Positions 38,470 to 52,014 of a DNA stretch of 64,000 nucleotides are shown in pieces. Under the pieces are notes generated by a model. The model saw nothing but the letters and a program-made list of their open reading frames with translations. It had not been told where the DNA came from and did not search any database. This DNA is from Lama glama. Its lineage: Eukaryota. Position 1 is the stretch's first letter. Each line of letters begins with the position of its first letter. Position numbers and translations under genes: made by a program. The stretch covers positions 93,746,001 through 93,810,000 of the forward strand of contig CM052817.1 in the NCBI GenBank assembly GCA_028534125.1, given 5' to 3'.

Positions 38470-40690
38470 GGACACAGACACGGAGGATTCTTGTGCAAGT
38501 TAAAGGACAAGGCAGATACGATTGTCTCTCTCATTTGTTGCAAGACAACAGTGCCATTAAAGTGACAAAAATCAACACCACGGGGAATAAATCTATATAA
38601 ATCAGGGGTTCAGCAGTCAAAAGATTTCAGCAAAATCCTGAGAGGTGGAAAGTAGCCAAGAGATGTGCTATGAATGAAACAGAATGGAAAAATCCACAGC
38701 CAGGGAATGAGAACACTGAACAAGCCCTGTGCTAGAAGGCAGCGAGGCATAGAGGGTAGCAAAAAGGATGCTGAACACGGAAAGTCAGTGAAAATCTAAC
38801 CAAGAAGACTCTATCCCTGCCACAGGAGAGAGGCACAGTTTCCAGCAGCTTAACATTTACAGCCAGGGGGAAAAAATCTAATAGAGTTCTTGCTAAAGAT
38901 TTGAATAATTGTTGCAGAAACTAGACTTCTGCTACTGAAGCCGGCACTTACCTACTCTGGCATTTAGGAGTTCTTGACCTAAGAGGAAGCTTTCTTTTCA
39001 TTCACTCTAGAACTCAGACTGTCAGTTGACAAGATTCATCCATGTACAGGGAGTTTCCAATCAGACTCTATTCAGGGGAGACCAATGTGAAGGAAAAACA
39101 GTTTCCACAGATGCAAATCATGATTACCAAGAGAAAAATTGGGAGATAAAGTCAAGGAGCTTTCCCAGAGCAGAGTAAAATAAGATCTCCAAAAAAGGGT
39201 GGGGGCCGGGTAGGGGAGATCTACATCTAAGTGACCAAAGTTCTAGAGGGCGAAGACAAAAAAAGATACATGTTTTCACATGAGAAGGAATCACCAAATT
39301 TCAAAGCCCAAGAAATAATAAAAGAAAAACAATCTACACATACTTTCATGATATTTTATACTCCCTAATATAAAGAGCATACCCTAAATGTTCCCAAACA
39401 GGAAAAATAAAAATTCACTAAAAAAAAAACAGTGCATGACAATAAATATGCCATTATCATCATTACATTCTAGTGTTCTCAGAGTTTAAGGGAAATTTTT
39501 TTGAGCATAGATAATCTATTTTCAAAAGCGAGGTTAAATAAATATATTTTCAGATAGTCACAAATTCAGAACATTTATCTCACATCTGCCTTTCAGAGGA
39601 AATCTCTTGAGGATGCCTCACTGAAACAAGCATGGAAGTCAAGAAAGAGAAAGGTGTAAGAAATAAAAGCAACAGAAGAGCAGAGCACAATGAAAGGAAA
39701 TTTGGACACAACACTACGCAGCAAGCCTAGAAAGCAACAGATTTCAGTTAGGACAGGAAGCCACTGGGCCGCCACTAGAAAATCTCAAAGAAGAAAAATG
39801 AAATAGACTCAATCAATATAAAAATCAGCCAGAAGAGATCAGTGATGTTGTGTAAAGGTTGTTTATGGTTATCAAAGGGAGGGAAGAAGGAGAGGGATAG
39901 AAACATCAGAAAAGACAGAGAACTCTACAAGAAAGCGATTTCTACATATATAATGCAAACCCAAATGTGGCATGATTTTGAGCAGTTAGCAGGGCGTGAG
40001 ATCACACGGAACTCACTTAACTTGATGCTAGATGGATTCAAGAGGCTTGAGGGCTGGGTAACCGGGCCCATGAAGAAGGAAAAGTAATTTTACTCATCAT
40101 CTCTAGAAATGACTTAGATTCTCAAAGCATGAGGGAACTGATTATGGTTTCAGAATAGACTGTAAATACTATCTACCTGGATGACGTACAAGGGAAGTTA
40201 CAGCCAACAGGTTGAAAGGCAGAGTTGGAAAGAAGTGTAGGGGAGGAGGAGGTATTAATATCCCCCCGGACATCATGAGGAATGAAGAGACCTTGTCTAC
40301 AGACTAGGGAACAAAAGTAGAAATTAAAATGTATTATCAAAACTTACACACAGACACAATTGAAGAGCTTTTCCGAAATATATATTCAAAATTGAAAAGG
40401 GAAGGAAATTGTATACATGAGATCAACAACCAGATTCCATAGTGAAAAGAAGAAGTAGTGAGCACTGAGAAATTGACAAATCAATTAGTATTTAAGTATA
40501 TTATTTAAAGTTATAGTATTAATCAATGGAAGAATCAAAATCAGAAGTGGTTTAAATGGTTGAAGTGTTCGTGTCTGAGCAATGGGATGGAGACGGTGAG
40601 AAATGGGCTGGTGCTTTTCTTGATAAACCCTTTGGTACCACTGGACTTTACCCACATACACATAATACATGGGTAGTTTTGGTTTCTTTT
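38470..40690 (+). mobile_element. HAL1-like (ORF1-only L1-related) remnant
   Basis: Degenerate L1 ORF1-like tract at 39130-39640 with no ORF2 after it, then a HAL1-like 3' end ('ggtgcttttcttgataaaccctttggtaccactggacttt'). Confidence 0.55.
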
Positions 40691-42519
40691 TAAGAGTGAA
40701 TTTTTCACAAAACCACTAAATTCAAAGATTGGAATTAATCCCATTGAAGTATCACAACATAAAGGAAATTTCACCTTCAACCTCTATTAAATGTTTTACA
40801 ACTAACATTGTTTAAAATGTTACTTTAAAAAAAACTCTTAATTCTCTTTTCCTTAAATACATATATTTCAGGAATACTGTCTATGCATTACTCTCTGAAT
40901 CTCACGGATCCCAATATATTTTAAATAGTTCTGTGCATCTTTTACTGATCTTAAATAATACATATAAAAAGATATACGTTTTGTGGAAAAACTGGGCAAT
41001 TCTGAAAAGATATATAGAACACACCATCATAATTCACTCCTCGGAAGCAACTGCTTTTGAAACAGTGGTAATCGCTTTCATTGTTTACTGTAACTAAAAC
41101 CATAGCACAACTAATATATTGCATTCTACTTACAAAAAATAATATAAAATTTTTCCATGCTATTAGGACTATTCAAATATAATTTTTAAAATCAATGTTG
41201 AGAGATTATAAAAACAGTACATACCTAGTGTAGGAAAGTCAGAAAATAAAGAAAAGCACAGAAGAGAAAAACAAAAATTCTTTATAATTCTATAATCCAG
41301 AGATACGTAGTTTTAACAATTTCATATCTCTTTCCATCTTCGCATATACAGTGCATTTTAATAGTTGATCTATTGTGTATATAGTTTGTTTCCTAATTTT
41401 TTCACTAAATATTGTAACAAAAGTATGCCCCTATACATCAGCTTCTTTATAAATATCTTTTATATTTATCAAATTTTAATTAATTATTGTCTTACTATCA
41501 AATACTCGTGTTCTTCCAATTTTTCAACTGTTCAATTTTAAATAATGATACAATGAACATACTTGTGCATAAAATCTTTGCCTCTTTTGGGTCTTTTTCA
41601 TTGCTTAAATTTCCAGAAATACAAACACTGGCTGTACAGAAGTATAATAAATTTAGACCAAATAAAGATCATTCTGAGTACAATAACAAGAAAAGTATGT
41701 AGTTTACATAAAGGCAAGTGATTCTTTGACTTGTGCAAAATATTACTGCATAAATTGAAAACAAAAAAGAACCAGAAAGATAAGCATGAGTTGTTTTCAA
41801 GTGCTCTGAGAAGCAGTAAGAGAGTATGATCCTTTTTGGGTTGAATATACATACAGCAAACTTAGAAACAGCAATCTCCTTTCTCCCAAAAGTGAGTAAT
41901 AACTTATACCAAGCAAACAAACAACCCTGCTGGGTTCATTCCTTTTATGGCCAATGTATCTCTATGGAAGCAGTAGAGCAGGTGAAGATTCTGAGTCAAC
42001 AATAAGGTACCACTGCCTATTTTCAAGGCTGTTGAAAGGGGTTCTTTAACAAATCACGCTTCCTCTCTGATACTGATTCTCACATGGCATAAAGTTAAAG
42101 CAGTGGTGTGTATATCTGATCAAATGGAAACTGGATCACCATATACATCATGGTATCATTTTTTCAAGAGATATTAAAGAGTTGAGGTTTACATGCAGAT
42201 CTCTGAAAGGAAAGAAAGAGATCCAATGACTTCTAAAGATCTCTTAGTCTTTTAAGCTCAAAAGGCAAAACACTAACTAACCGTACATTAATTAGCTTAT
42301 AACCCTAGAAACATCGCAGTGCATTGGTAGTATGGTGCCTACTTTTGTTTCAAGGATTTGTGCTAACTACCTGAGTGTTAAATGTTAAGGGTCTCTTTTA
42401 GTATTTCCCCCTTGGTACAGTGCTTGGAACTTCTTAAATTCCCATTAAGTGACTAAAGGTGTTAGGAAGGTAGTGATAACTCAAGATGATGGAATAAAAG
42501 ATAGAACATTATTCCACGC

Positions 42520-43620
42520 TGGAAGTAAATTACTAACAAAGTGGGTATTTGAGGGTCCCCCGTCTGTAGAGCAAGTCACTTAGAGAATCTGAACATTGTC
42601 TATACGGCTAGAGAGTGGATCTGATGAGAAGAAATTGTTTAGAGATAAAGATGGAGAGGCTGACTAGAGACAGATCACAAAGGGCTTTGGATACTAGGCT
42701 AAAGTAGCAGAAAACCACGGAAGGCATTTAAACATGGGTGTCAGGATGAGAAAGCACACTCCAGCGGGGGGCAAAGAGCAATCGGTAATCGAGAGAAGAC
42801 ATGATGCGGCCACAGTTAAGACAGTAGAACTGGGATGGTGTTATGGGCTGAACTGTGTTCCCCCCAGGTTCAGATGTCGAAGCCCTAATGCCCTGTATCT
42901 CAGAATGTGTCTGCAGGTGGAGACAGAGCCTTTCAAGAGGTGATTAAGTTAAAGGGGCTGTTAGCGTAGGTCCTAATTCAACCTCACTGGTGTTCTTATA
43001 AGAAGAGGAAATATGGACACCCAGAGAGACACCAAGGATGAGTGCGCACAGAGAACAGATGGTGTGAAGTCAGTGAGAGGGCAGCCATCTGCAAGCCAAG
43101 GGGAGAGCCCTCAGCTCTGACACATCTTGATATTGGACTTCGAGTCTCCAGAGCTGTGAGAAAATGAAGTTGTTTTTTAGGCCAGTCTGTGGCATTTTGT
43201 TAAGTCAGTCGTAGCAAACTAATGCAGATGCCTTTCTAATAACTAATCCAGTGGGCCTGAGAGACACTTAGAAGTCAACAGTCACAAAATCCAGTGACCG
43301 GATATGAGCTTTCATGGAGAGGCAGGAGCCAAGGTGACTCCAGAGAGTGGAGCGTTTTCTGAAGTAGGGGCTCCAGGAGAAGCAGGAGGGACTAAACATA
43401 ACGGATTCAGTTGAGCACACACTGCATTTCTGTAATTATGAAACATCCAAGCAGAAAATCTAACTATGAAGTAGACAGTGAGATAACTACATGGATCTGG
43501 AACTCAGGACAGAGAGCTTGGCTGAAGAAATGGGCCGAGGTTCCTCGACATGTAGCTGAATGAAGACCCTGTTGGTGAGCAAGAGAATGATTGCTTGAAC
43601 TCAGTGACATGTGGACATGA
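42520..43620 (-). mobile_element. L2 fragments flanking an MLT1 insertion
   Basis: 'cagatcacaaagggctttggatactaggctaaag' before the LTR and 'aggagccaaggtgactccaga', 'ggatctggaactcaggacagagagcttggctga' after it. Confidence 0.6.
42839..43226 (+). mobile_element. MaLR solo LTR (MLT1A/B-like)
   Basis: 'tgttatgggctgaactgtgttcccccc...gcaaactaatgca' with near-identical 5-bp flanks (gatgg/gatgc). Confidence 0.88.
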
Positions 43621-43759
43621 GGACAGAGAAATGAAACAATCACAGAGGAGTCCATCTTCCCCTTGCAAAGGTCCCTAAGGCTTTGGCTCTTAGGTATCGA
43701 GGCAGACACCTGAATGCCCATTCAGAAGACACTTCCCTTTGCCGGCTTTCTTTAATAGG

Positions 43760-44135
43760 AGTCTACTCTGGTTCAGGTTCTGGGCAATAACATGCCAAGG
43801 CCCAGAGATGGAAGTCATAGTTCCTTTTGCCAGAAAATGTTTAGAAAGCACTTGAACTATTCATTTCCGATGGAAATATATCTGAAAAGATTTTCTTCTT
43901 GATAAAAAGAGGGAAAAATATGTGCAAAGCAATGTTTGCCTCTTTCTTCTTGAACTTGAGGACTGGTGAGAAGATGTCATGCTTAGTATTATGGCAGCCA
44001 CATTGTAAGAATGAGGGATGGTTAAGAGAACTGAAGGGAAGCCTTCCCAGGGGTCTGGACATGTGGGGTTACTATGCCTCCTGGAGTCATCTACTTCTTC
44101 ACTTGTTATGGTAGAAGAAACATAATCCCAAACTA
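43760..44135 (+). mobile_element. Ancient MLT1-type LTR fragment
   Basis: 'ttcttgaacttgaggactggtgagaagatg...ggcagccacattgtaagaatgaggga...ctacttcttcacttgttatg'. Confidence 0.45.
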
Positions 44136-44148
44136 TTTATTCCACTTT

Positions 44149-44477
44149 TTCTTATTGAAGTATAGTTGATTTACAATGTTGTGTTAATTTCTGGTATACA
44201 GCATAGTGATTCAGCTATATATATATGTATTCCTTTTCATATTCTTTTTCATTATAGGCTATTGCAAGGTATTGAATAGAATTCCCTGTGCTATACAGTA
44301 GGACCTTGCTGTTTATCTGTCTCGTATATAGTAGTTAGTATCTACAAATCCCAAACTCCCAATTTATATTTATCCCTCCCCATCCCCTCTCCCCGCAAGT
44401 AACCATTAGTTTATTTACTATGTCTGTGAGCCTCTCTCTGTTTTGGAAATAAGTTCATTTGTATCCTTTTTAAAAAA
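44149..44477 (-). mobile_element. Camelid/artiodactyl L1 3' end
   Basis: 'tattgaagtatagttgatttacaatgttgtgttaatttctggtatacagcatagtgattca'. The 10-mer attccacttt is on both flanks (44139-44148 and 44478-44487). Confidence 0.88.
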
Positions 44478-44594
44478 ATTCCACTTTCAGTCGAGAATCC
44501 TGTTTTGTGCACCTGAAAATATACCAATAGGTACCAGAATTTTCCTCAAATAACTCACCTACTAAATGTCATGGAAGGTACCTATCCCTCAGTT

Positions 44595-45165
44595 CTATTG
44601 AGATATAATTTACATATAGCATTGTATATGTTTAAGGTATAGAATGTGATGACCTGATACAAATATATATTGCAAAATAAAGTTAGTTAAACCTCCATCA
44701 CTGTATATAATTATCTTTTTTCGGTGATAACATTTAAGATCTCTCTTAGCAACTTCCAAGTATATAATACAATATTAACTAGAGTCACCACGCTGTACGT
44801 TACATTCCCAGAACTTGTTCTGCTTATAACTGAAAAAGTGAGTACCCTTTGACCAACATCTCCCCCATCTCCCCTGCCCTCATCCCGGGCAACCACCAAT
44901 CTATTCTCTTTTTCTATGAGCTCAGCCTTTTTAGATTCCACATGTAAGTGAGATCATGCAATATTCTCTTTCTGTGTCTAGTTTATTTTATTTAGCATAA
45001 TGTCCTCCAGGTTCATCCATGTTGTCACAAAAGGCAAGATTTGCTTCTTTTTTATGACTGAATAACATTTCTTTGGTTGTTTCCATGTCTTCGCTATTGT
45101 GAATGATGCTGCCCTGAACATGACGGTGCAGACATCTCTCTGAAATAGCAATTTCATTTTATGGA
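44595..45165 (-). mobile_element. L1MA-type LINE-1 3' fragment
   Basis: 'tagattccacatgtaagtgagatcatgcaata...tttagcataatgtcctccaggttcatccatgttgtcacaaaaggcaagattt'. Confidence 0.85.
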
Positions 45166-45809
45166 TGGCGTCTTGAAAGTGTGAGCCAGGATGTCAGCCT
45201 GCTCAGCCCACTAAAGCTATGAGCCTCCAGCTTTTAGTCTGGGGGTTCCTGTCTCCTCCTTCAGGTTCTATTCAGAAAATAATAGTAATTTAAAAGATAG
45301 CACTGACCACCCTTTCTGTGCAAAAATAATAAAACTAAATAAAGAAATTGGGAGGATGTAAGACAGTAAACATCATGAACCAGTTCTTGAAAGCACCTTA
45401 CACAATATCCAAGTTTTAAAATGGGTCTTTGTAACAGTCATCAATTAGCTACAGGTTCAATATAATTTCAAGTTTATATTCATTTAATAATCAGACAATA
45501 GATGCTCAACAACTTCTGACTACATTTTACATGAGAAACACTGAAAAGTTATCAGCAAAATCATTTTCAGTTTTCTTGCTGTATAAGAAAAAACATATTT
45601 TCTTTGCACTTTTTCATAAGAGAGAATTTTGAAACCCAACTATCTCTACCACTTTACTTTTGAATTTCATTACAAAGAAGCCTATAAAGTGAATTCCTTT
45701 CTGTGGTCTAATGCAGGAATAGAGAGAAGAAATATGTCTCTGGTTTCCCAGGGGAATTCCAGAAACCCTTTAAAAAAAGAAGAAGAAGAAGGATAATGCC
45801 AGTTCCTTG

Positions 45810-46965
45810 TAAGTATTGCAAAACATGGAAAAATGAAGAAAATCTCTCAATTCTTTTAATGAAGTGAGCAAAACACTGATACTAATCTTGAGGATATGTG
45901 TAGTACTCGAAACACACACACAGACACTACACACACAAACTCCAGACCAATTTCACTTATGATTACCAATGCAAAAATCCCAAAGTAAATATTAGCAAAC
46001 AGAACCCAGCAACACTTCTTCAAAAAGACGACTAGTGCATCATGACCAAATATGGCTTATCCTAAGATCCTTCAATATGAGAAAATGCACTAATACTACT
46101 TATAATAAATGTATCACTTTAATATTTAAGTCAGATCGTGTCACTCCTCTGCTCCAAAATCTTTAATAAGATTAAAAACAAATTAATGTCTATTAATAAG
46201 AAACTAGTTAAACAGATTACGGCACGTCCATTCATTGCAATGCAATGCAGGTATAAAAATGATACTGATGTCTTAATTACTGATTGGGGCAGACTAGCTT
46301 ACTATTCACCAGAAACTCCCCTACTGTGATGCTTCTCCCTGCAAGAGGATTCTATATCCCCATCCTTGTTGATGTTGGAAAAAGGTATGACTTGCTTTGT
46401 CCAATAAAATGTGGGCATATATGTCATGTGTCACTTCCAGACAGAATATTAAAGAGCCAACATGTGATTTTCCATGTTTTTTTTCTCCCCTCTGTCGTGT
46501 ACCTGGTAATGTTCCAGATAGATTTTCTTAATCAGCCTGAATTCCCAAGAGACAGTGACCTGGACCAGGGCTACAGATGACTGACAGTAGACGTAATGTG
46601 AGTGAGATGTAAATCTATGTAATTTTGAGGCCCTGAGATTTTAGGATCAACATGGTAACCTATTCTGGCCAATGCACTCAGGTAGATAAATCTCCAGGAA
46701 TATACTGTCAGGTGAAAAAAGCAAGCCATGGAAGAGTGTGAATAAGTGTGAAAATAAAGGAGGAAATAACATGTAACAAATACGTGTGTGTACTAGCTCC
46801 TCCAAGCATAAAATTTCTCTGGATGATTTTTATCTCTTAGGGACAGTGGAAGAGGACAAATGGGAGGCAGAGTTGAGAGACTTTTGATAGGACATCTTGT
46901 TTTATGTTTTCTGACACCTGATTCTATGCATGTATTATTTATTTCAAAACATTAAATACATTCTG
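45810..46965 (+). mobile_element. Old L1 fragments with a nested MLT1 LTR (~46285-46680)
   Basis: L1 ORF2 motif 'atgcaaaaatcccaaagtaaatattagcaaacagaacccagcaacac'. MLT1 motif 'tgacttgctttgtccaataaaatgtggg...tgtgtcacttccag'. Confidence 0.65.
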
Positions 46966-47617
46966 AAGGAAAGAAACACTTGTCTCTAAAACACGTGTTG
47001 GCATAAAATCTTAAGAAAATCTTAAGAAAACAGTGACCAAACTGTCAGACGCCACAACAGCTTAGGCATCACAGTTTAGGCTGCATCCTTGGGAGCCAGA
47101 AGAGCTTTCAGCAGGGAGATCACATGACCAAATCACGCACTGCTGCCGAGCAGGTGAAAGATGAGTTAGAAAATGGAGAAATGCAATTGTCCACTGAGAT
47201 ATGATGAGAATGGTATTTCCTCCAGGTCCATCTTTGTGTCCTACTCCATAATATACCTAGTAACTTACCTAGTCAATCACCATTGGTTGTCTGCACCATC
47301 ACTTGACGTTTCCCTGACAATGCCTGAGCCTGAAGAATACCATACGTAGGTGCTCTAGCATTTTGGAACAACATTTTATCTAAATATGTTAACATTTATA
47401 CTAGAATCACATGAAAACCAAGACTGAGTTTATATATGTTATTGAAGATTCATCTGACTCTGGCTTCTCTAGGTACCAGAGATGGTGTTTTGATTTTTCA
47501 ACTGTTATAAGTACTTAAGTTGCCAAGTTCCATCATCTCTCTTTACCACTTAAAAGACTCTACTGGAGACTTACAGTTTCCCCAGGAAAGGAGTCCTGCT
47601 GGTCTCCTTCATGATCT

Positions 47618-47642
47618 CACACACACACACACACACACACAC
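47618..47642. repeat. (CA)n microsatellite
   Basis: About 12 CA units, read directly. Confidence 0.95.
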
Positions 47643-48977
47643 CAGAAAACCACCCACCAGCTAGGTTCTTCCTTCAGAGGGGGGAGTAATGTTTCTTCTC
47701 TTGTTTTATTTTACTGAATAACAAACACTGAAAATTACCAAATAGGGTTTCACAACAGGTAAAACTTCCTAGGACTTTTGCTTGAAGGCTTTCAAATGGA
47801 AAGTAAAACTGCAGAGAAATCACAAGACTTCTCAAATTGAAAGTCAGATGAAGATACATAAGAAAATGACATAGAGAAAAGCTCTCAAAAGATTTCTCAT
47901 ACACCTGTTTTAAGGCTCAAAGGATCATCCCATCAGGAGGAAAAAAACATACAACCTTTAAGTAGAAATAGAACCTAATTTCAACTGTACCCATCTTTTC
48001 TTTTTTCAGTGCAACAAGACTACTCTACTTTAGATAAATAATATGCATACGTAATTAATAAGATTATAAACTGAGTACTTTAGGATGTAGTTATGCTGGA
48101 AGAGCTAAAACTTACAGATTTTTCACTTGGAAGTAGCCTTTGACAATGTAAATATAAATCTCTCTCCTTCTGTATGTTTATCCAACTAATTCATGATGAG
48201 GACACCAACAGAAATTGCCATGTAAGAATTTTTATTTCAGAATGCTTTTTCCATTGTTAGGATACTTATGTATACAACTCACTATTAAAATAATGAAGAT
48301 TATGAAGAGCCAAACACCAGAACGAAAATCATCAATATCTTTTAATGTTAAGACTACAATGCCTAAGCAGCTAACATTGTTATCCTAAATGTTTGTGGAT
48401 TGTTAATACTACAATACGGGACTCAAAAATTAAGACTCAAATATGCAGATTGGTTAGGGGAAAGGACACAAGGAATTTTAATTTTTCACTTTCAAGATAT
48501 TTACATAAGAAGTGATTTTACCAGTCATCTTGAATTAAAACGTTAATACTAAAGAAGGAAAGTTTAATCTTATCAGTAAACAGATTTTTATCAATGAAAT
48601 GTGTTCTGGAATACAGTGCATGCTGAAAGAATTTTAATGTCAAAAAAACAACGTAAAATGGAAATGGTCAACATTTTCATTTTAAGAAAAAGATGTAAAA
48701 CTTTTAAGATTCTAAAATGTAATCATGTTTCTTCACACAATTTCTATTGATGTAGTATAAGAAAAGATATTTAATAGGACTAAACAGCCATGCCAAATTT
48801 TAATCATGACTTTGCATGTTGCCTTAATACCTAGTAATTTATGTTCATTTCACTCTTTGAAAAAACAAAGGTCTTCCAAAAATCCAGCTGTTCTAAGCAC
48901 TCCAGAACTCCATTAGTCTTTAATATCTACAACATCCTACTCAGGACAAATGTTTGACCCTTCAGTAAATTTCTTAC

Positions 48978-49094
48978 CCATCTCCATATAGCTCGACAGT
49001 AATAGGTATCAGGAGCTATCCGTTTGGTATGTATATAGATTACTGAGGATGTCTTCATAGACTGAATTTCCATTCGTAAACTATTAATAATAAT
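48978..49094 (-). CDS. Candidate 117-nt phase 0-0 exon, IIINSLRMEIQ...YYCRAIWRW (unverified)
   Basis: Donor TGG|gtaaga. Acceptor tttcttcacatgatgacag, with an alternative AG at 49081-49082. One open frame and several CpGs in otherwise AT-rich, repeat-poor sequence. Confidence 0.2.
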
Positions 49095-49364
49095 CTGTCA
49101 TCATGTGAAGAAACTATTAACTCAGATGAAAGAAAAAAATTGTATGAACATCCTAGAATAGATACTAGAATGTATTTCAAAGTGCTGAAGGTGGTACCAA
49201 ACTATCTGTATTCTTCCTGGGTAATCTCCTTATGACTGATGATGGTCCTAGATCAAAAAGATTCAGTCGCTCTGCAATCAGTGACTCAAAAAGATTTAGT
49301 TTTCCCGGGTTTAAAAAAAAATCCTACAGGATATAATATGACCTTGGTCTTAATAAGAATGTAT

Positions 49365-49480
49365 CATCGGATTGCACAACAATGTAGATGTACTTAAATG
49401 CCACAGAACTATACACTATAAAAATGGTTAAAATAGTAAATTTTATGTTATGTATATGTCACCACAAATTAAAAAAAGAA
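49365..49480 (+). mobile_element. L1MB-type 3' terminal fragment
   Basis: 'ttgcacaacaatgtagatgtacttaaatgccacagaactatacact...aaaatggttaaaatagtaaattttatgttatgtatat'. Confidence 0.8.
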
Positions 49481-51086
49481 TTTGTCATCAAGGAACTTAG
49501 TAATAATGCAGTTAGCATTTAGTTACAAAATCATATATTTCACATTTTTTCCACTACGCATCCACACATAAAGTTTTGCTCCTGTTGTATTAGCTTCTTT
49601 TACTCACAACCCTGAGCTACATCTTGATCCATCAGCATTATTTATTCATTGATTCAGAATATAAATATTTTACTGCCATAAATATGAGCAGTAATCTACT
49701 GAGATTAACATTTCAGTTATGGGACCACAGCTAATATATACAATCATGTTTTCCGTGCTGTACCAGTGGCTTCATAAAATCAGCTCAACTAACATCTTAT
49801 ACTGAATTCCTATAGAGCACAAAGGACTCTCTCAGACACTTCTATTGTCATCTCAGTATACGGTTGATTAACTTGTAAGCTTTACACTCATGCTTTAGAT
49901 ATATTGTACATGTAAGCCTGTTATTAACCCTACTTTGGGATCCCAAAGTCACTATGGAGATTTTCCAAGACCAAATCTCATTGTCATCATATGGATCCAA
50001 ACTTATATCCAACTCCTAATCCTCTTGTCAACCCTCCAAAAAAAATGCCTTGCATACAAATTGTCATTCAACAACACATTCGTTTAACAGTATTTCCTCC
50101 TGATTTTACTCATTATACATGTCCAGACAGAAGAGGGCTCTTTTCTAGCAATCTAAAAATTAAAGATATTATATAGGTGCCAGTATACAGTGCTGACATT
50201 TTTTTGCTCTGGTTGTTAAAATATTAACTTACTTTGAATCCAGTTGCTGAGTTCTCTCCCTCTTTGCTGTATGAGGAGTTACCTAAGGATACAGCCATGG
50301 AGCAGCGTCAGGAGAGGCTGGGAATGGGGCCAGGTGCAGTGATGGTGAATATGTGCCCCCCACCCCATACATCTGCCTAGTGCACCAAGGGGTGGCCATG
50401 GCCGTGGAGTCATGGACAATGGCTGTCACTGCCTCAGAGCAGCACAACGCAGGCGGGGCAGGTAGCACTGGTGGAGGTATTGCTGACAGAGGGCCAAGCC
50501 AGCACGTCCCTGACTCGAGGCCATAAGGGAGTCACCTGACATCCAGGTGTGTATCCTGCTCTGACCCAAGGGCATCATGCCAGCTGCCCTCCAAGTGCAC
50601 AGAAGTGCTGCCTAGGGGAGACTTAGGGTGTCACTGGAAAAGTCTGATGTGATTCATTGTGTTAACTCCTATCTAAAAGCCAACCAATGATTTGGAAATT
50701 GTTGGAAGGATCTGTTAAATTTAAATGAATTTGCAGCAATTGGGAAGCTGCCTTATGATCCATGTCAGTTAAGTTAGAAAATAAAACCATTATTTTTGAA
50801 TTTTTTCTTATGCATTGGTCTGTATATTAATTCCTCTGAGCATCTGGTTAGGAATATTTTGAATATTATTTTTTTCATTCAACTCTCCTCACCCCCGTTT
50901 CATCAGGATGAGTGCATCTACCTACATTTGCTTACCAACATATCCCCAAAGGAAAACATGGTGCTGACACATAATAGGCCTCAAAATATTATCCAGTGAA
51001 TGATTAAATAATTGAACAAGTATTTACTCAGCCAGAAGCTATAATCCCCCAAGCCCCTCTAAAATCAAAATCAAATTTCAATTTCT

Positions 51087-51114
51087 CACACACACACACA
51101 CACACACACACACA
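51087..51114. repeat. (CA)n microsatellite
   Basis: About 14 CA units, read directly. Confidence 0.95.
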
Positions 51115-51891
51115 AATTACTAAGTACCTCCGAAGTGTGACGCACTATGGGAATTCTGTGGAGGGTAAGAGGATGAGGAATTACCCAGTCCCTGCTCGCA
51201 GACAAACTTAAAATCTAATGCAAGATAGAGTTTCGTGATAAAAATTAAAATCCCTAAGATGTATTTCACACCTCTCTGCTGAACTCTGCATCCTAAGGAC
51301 AGCGGGATCTCCAGGACGCGATAGACCTAACAGCACGCATGTGGCCACACACCTGCGCTATTTCAGCCTCAATAGTGGATAAAGGGTCCAGGATTTCAGG
51401 ACTGTGCCTGTTCTACTTTGCCCCAAGTGCTGTTCCCTTCAGCTGTGGGTGTCAAGTGGAGAAGACACCGCACTTTCTGGCTCTGCAGGACATGAAGCTG
51501 CCTCATCACCAAATGTCTCAGTTTTGCTTTGTTTTTCCCCCTTTAGCGTTAGGAAAGATAGATATGCATTTAAATCAACATAGATGTTAATAAAATCCCA
51601 CGAAATCCTGTTCAAGCCCATCCTTGCAAACACGTTGGTCTTCTAGCCTAATATGCGGTAACGGATGTGAGCATGTGCTGTCCATTTTGAGAAGCAAACA
51701 ACACAGATGCTTAAAGGGTTTAATCAATAACTAGTCTACCATAGAAGGAAAACAGAAACAATTATGTGACCTTATTGGTGCCTTATTTATACATATGCAT
51801 TAGAAAATAGGGTAAGAAAGACATCAGAACATCTGATTTTAGTAAAATATTTTTAAGCAATAGACTTCCGAAATCCATAGACGATTCCTAC

Positions 51892-52014
51892 CTAATGTCT
51901 TCAGCTGTATGGATTGGGCAGGTTGCATATACGTAAAAGAATGACAATCCTTTATAACGACTGCAAGAACACCCTTCTGGAACATCTCACCGGTCACAGA
52001 TGGAGGATTTTCAT
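51892..52014 (-). CDS. Candidate 123-nt phase 1-1 exon, DENPPSVTGEMFQKGVLAVVIKDCHSFTYMQPAQSIQLKTL (unverified)
   Basis: Acceptor ctttcatttttttggcatctaaacaatag and donor TAG|gtagga, with a single open frame. It could instead be a degenerate CR1-like relic. Confidence 0.2.
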
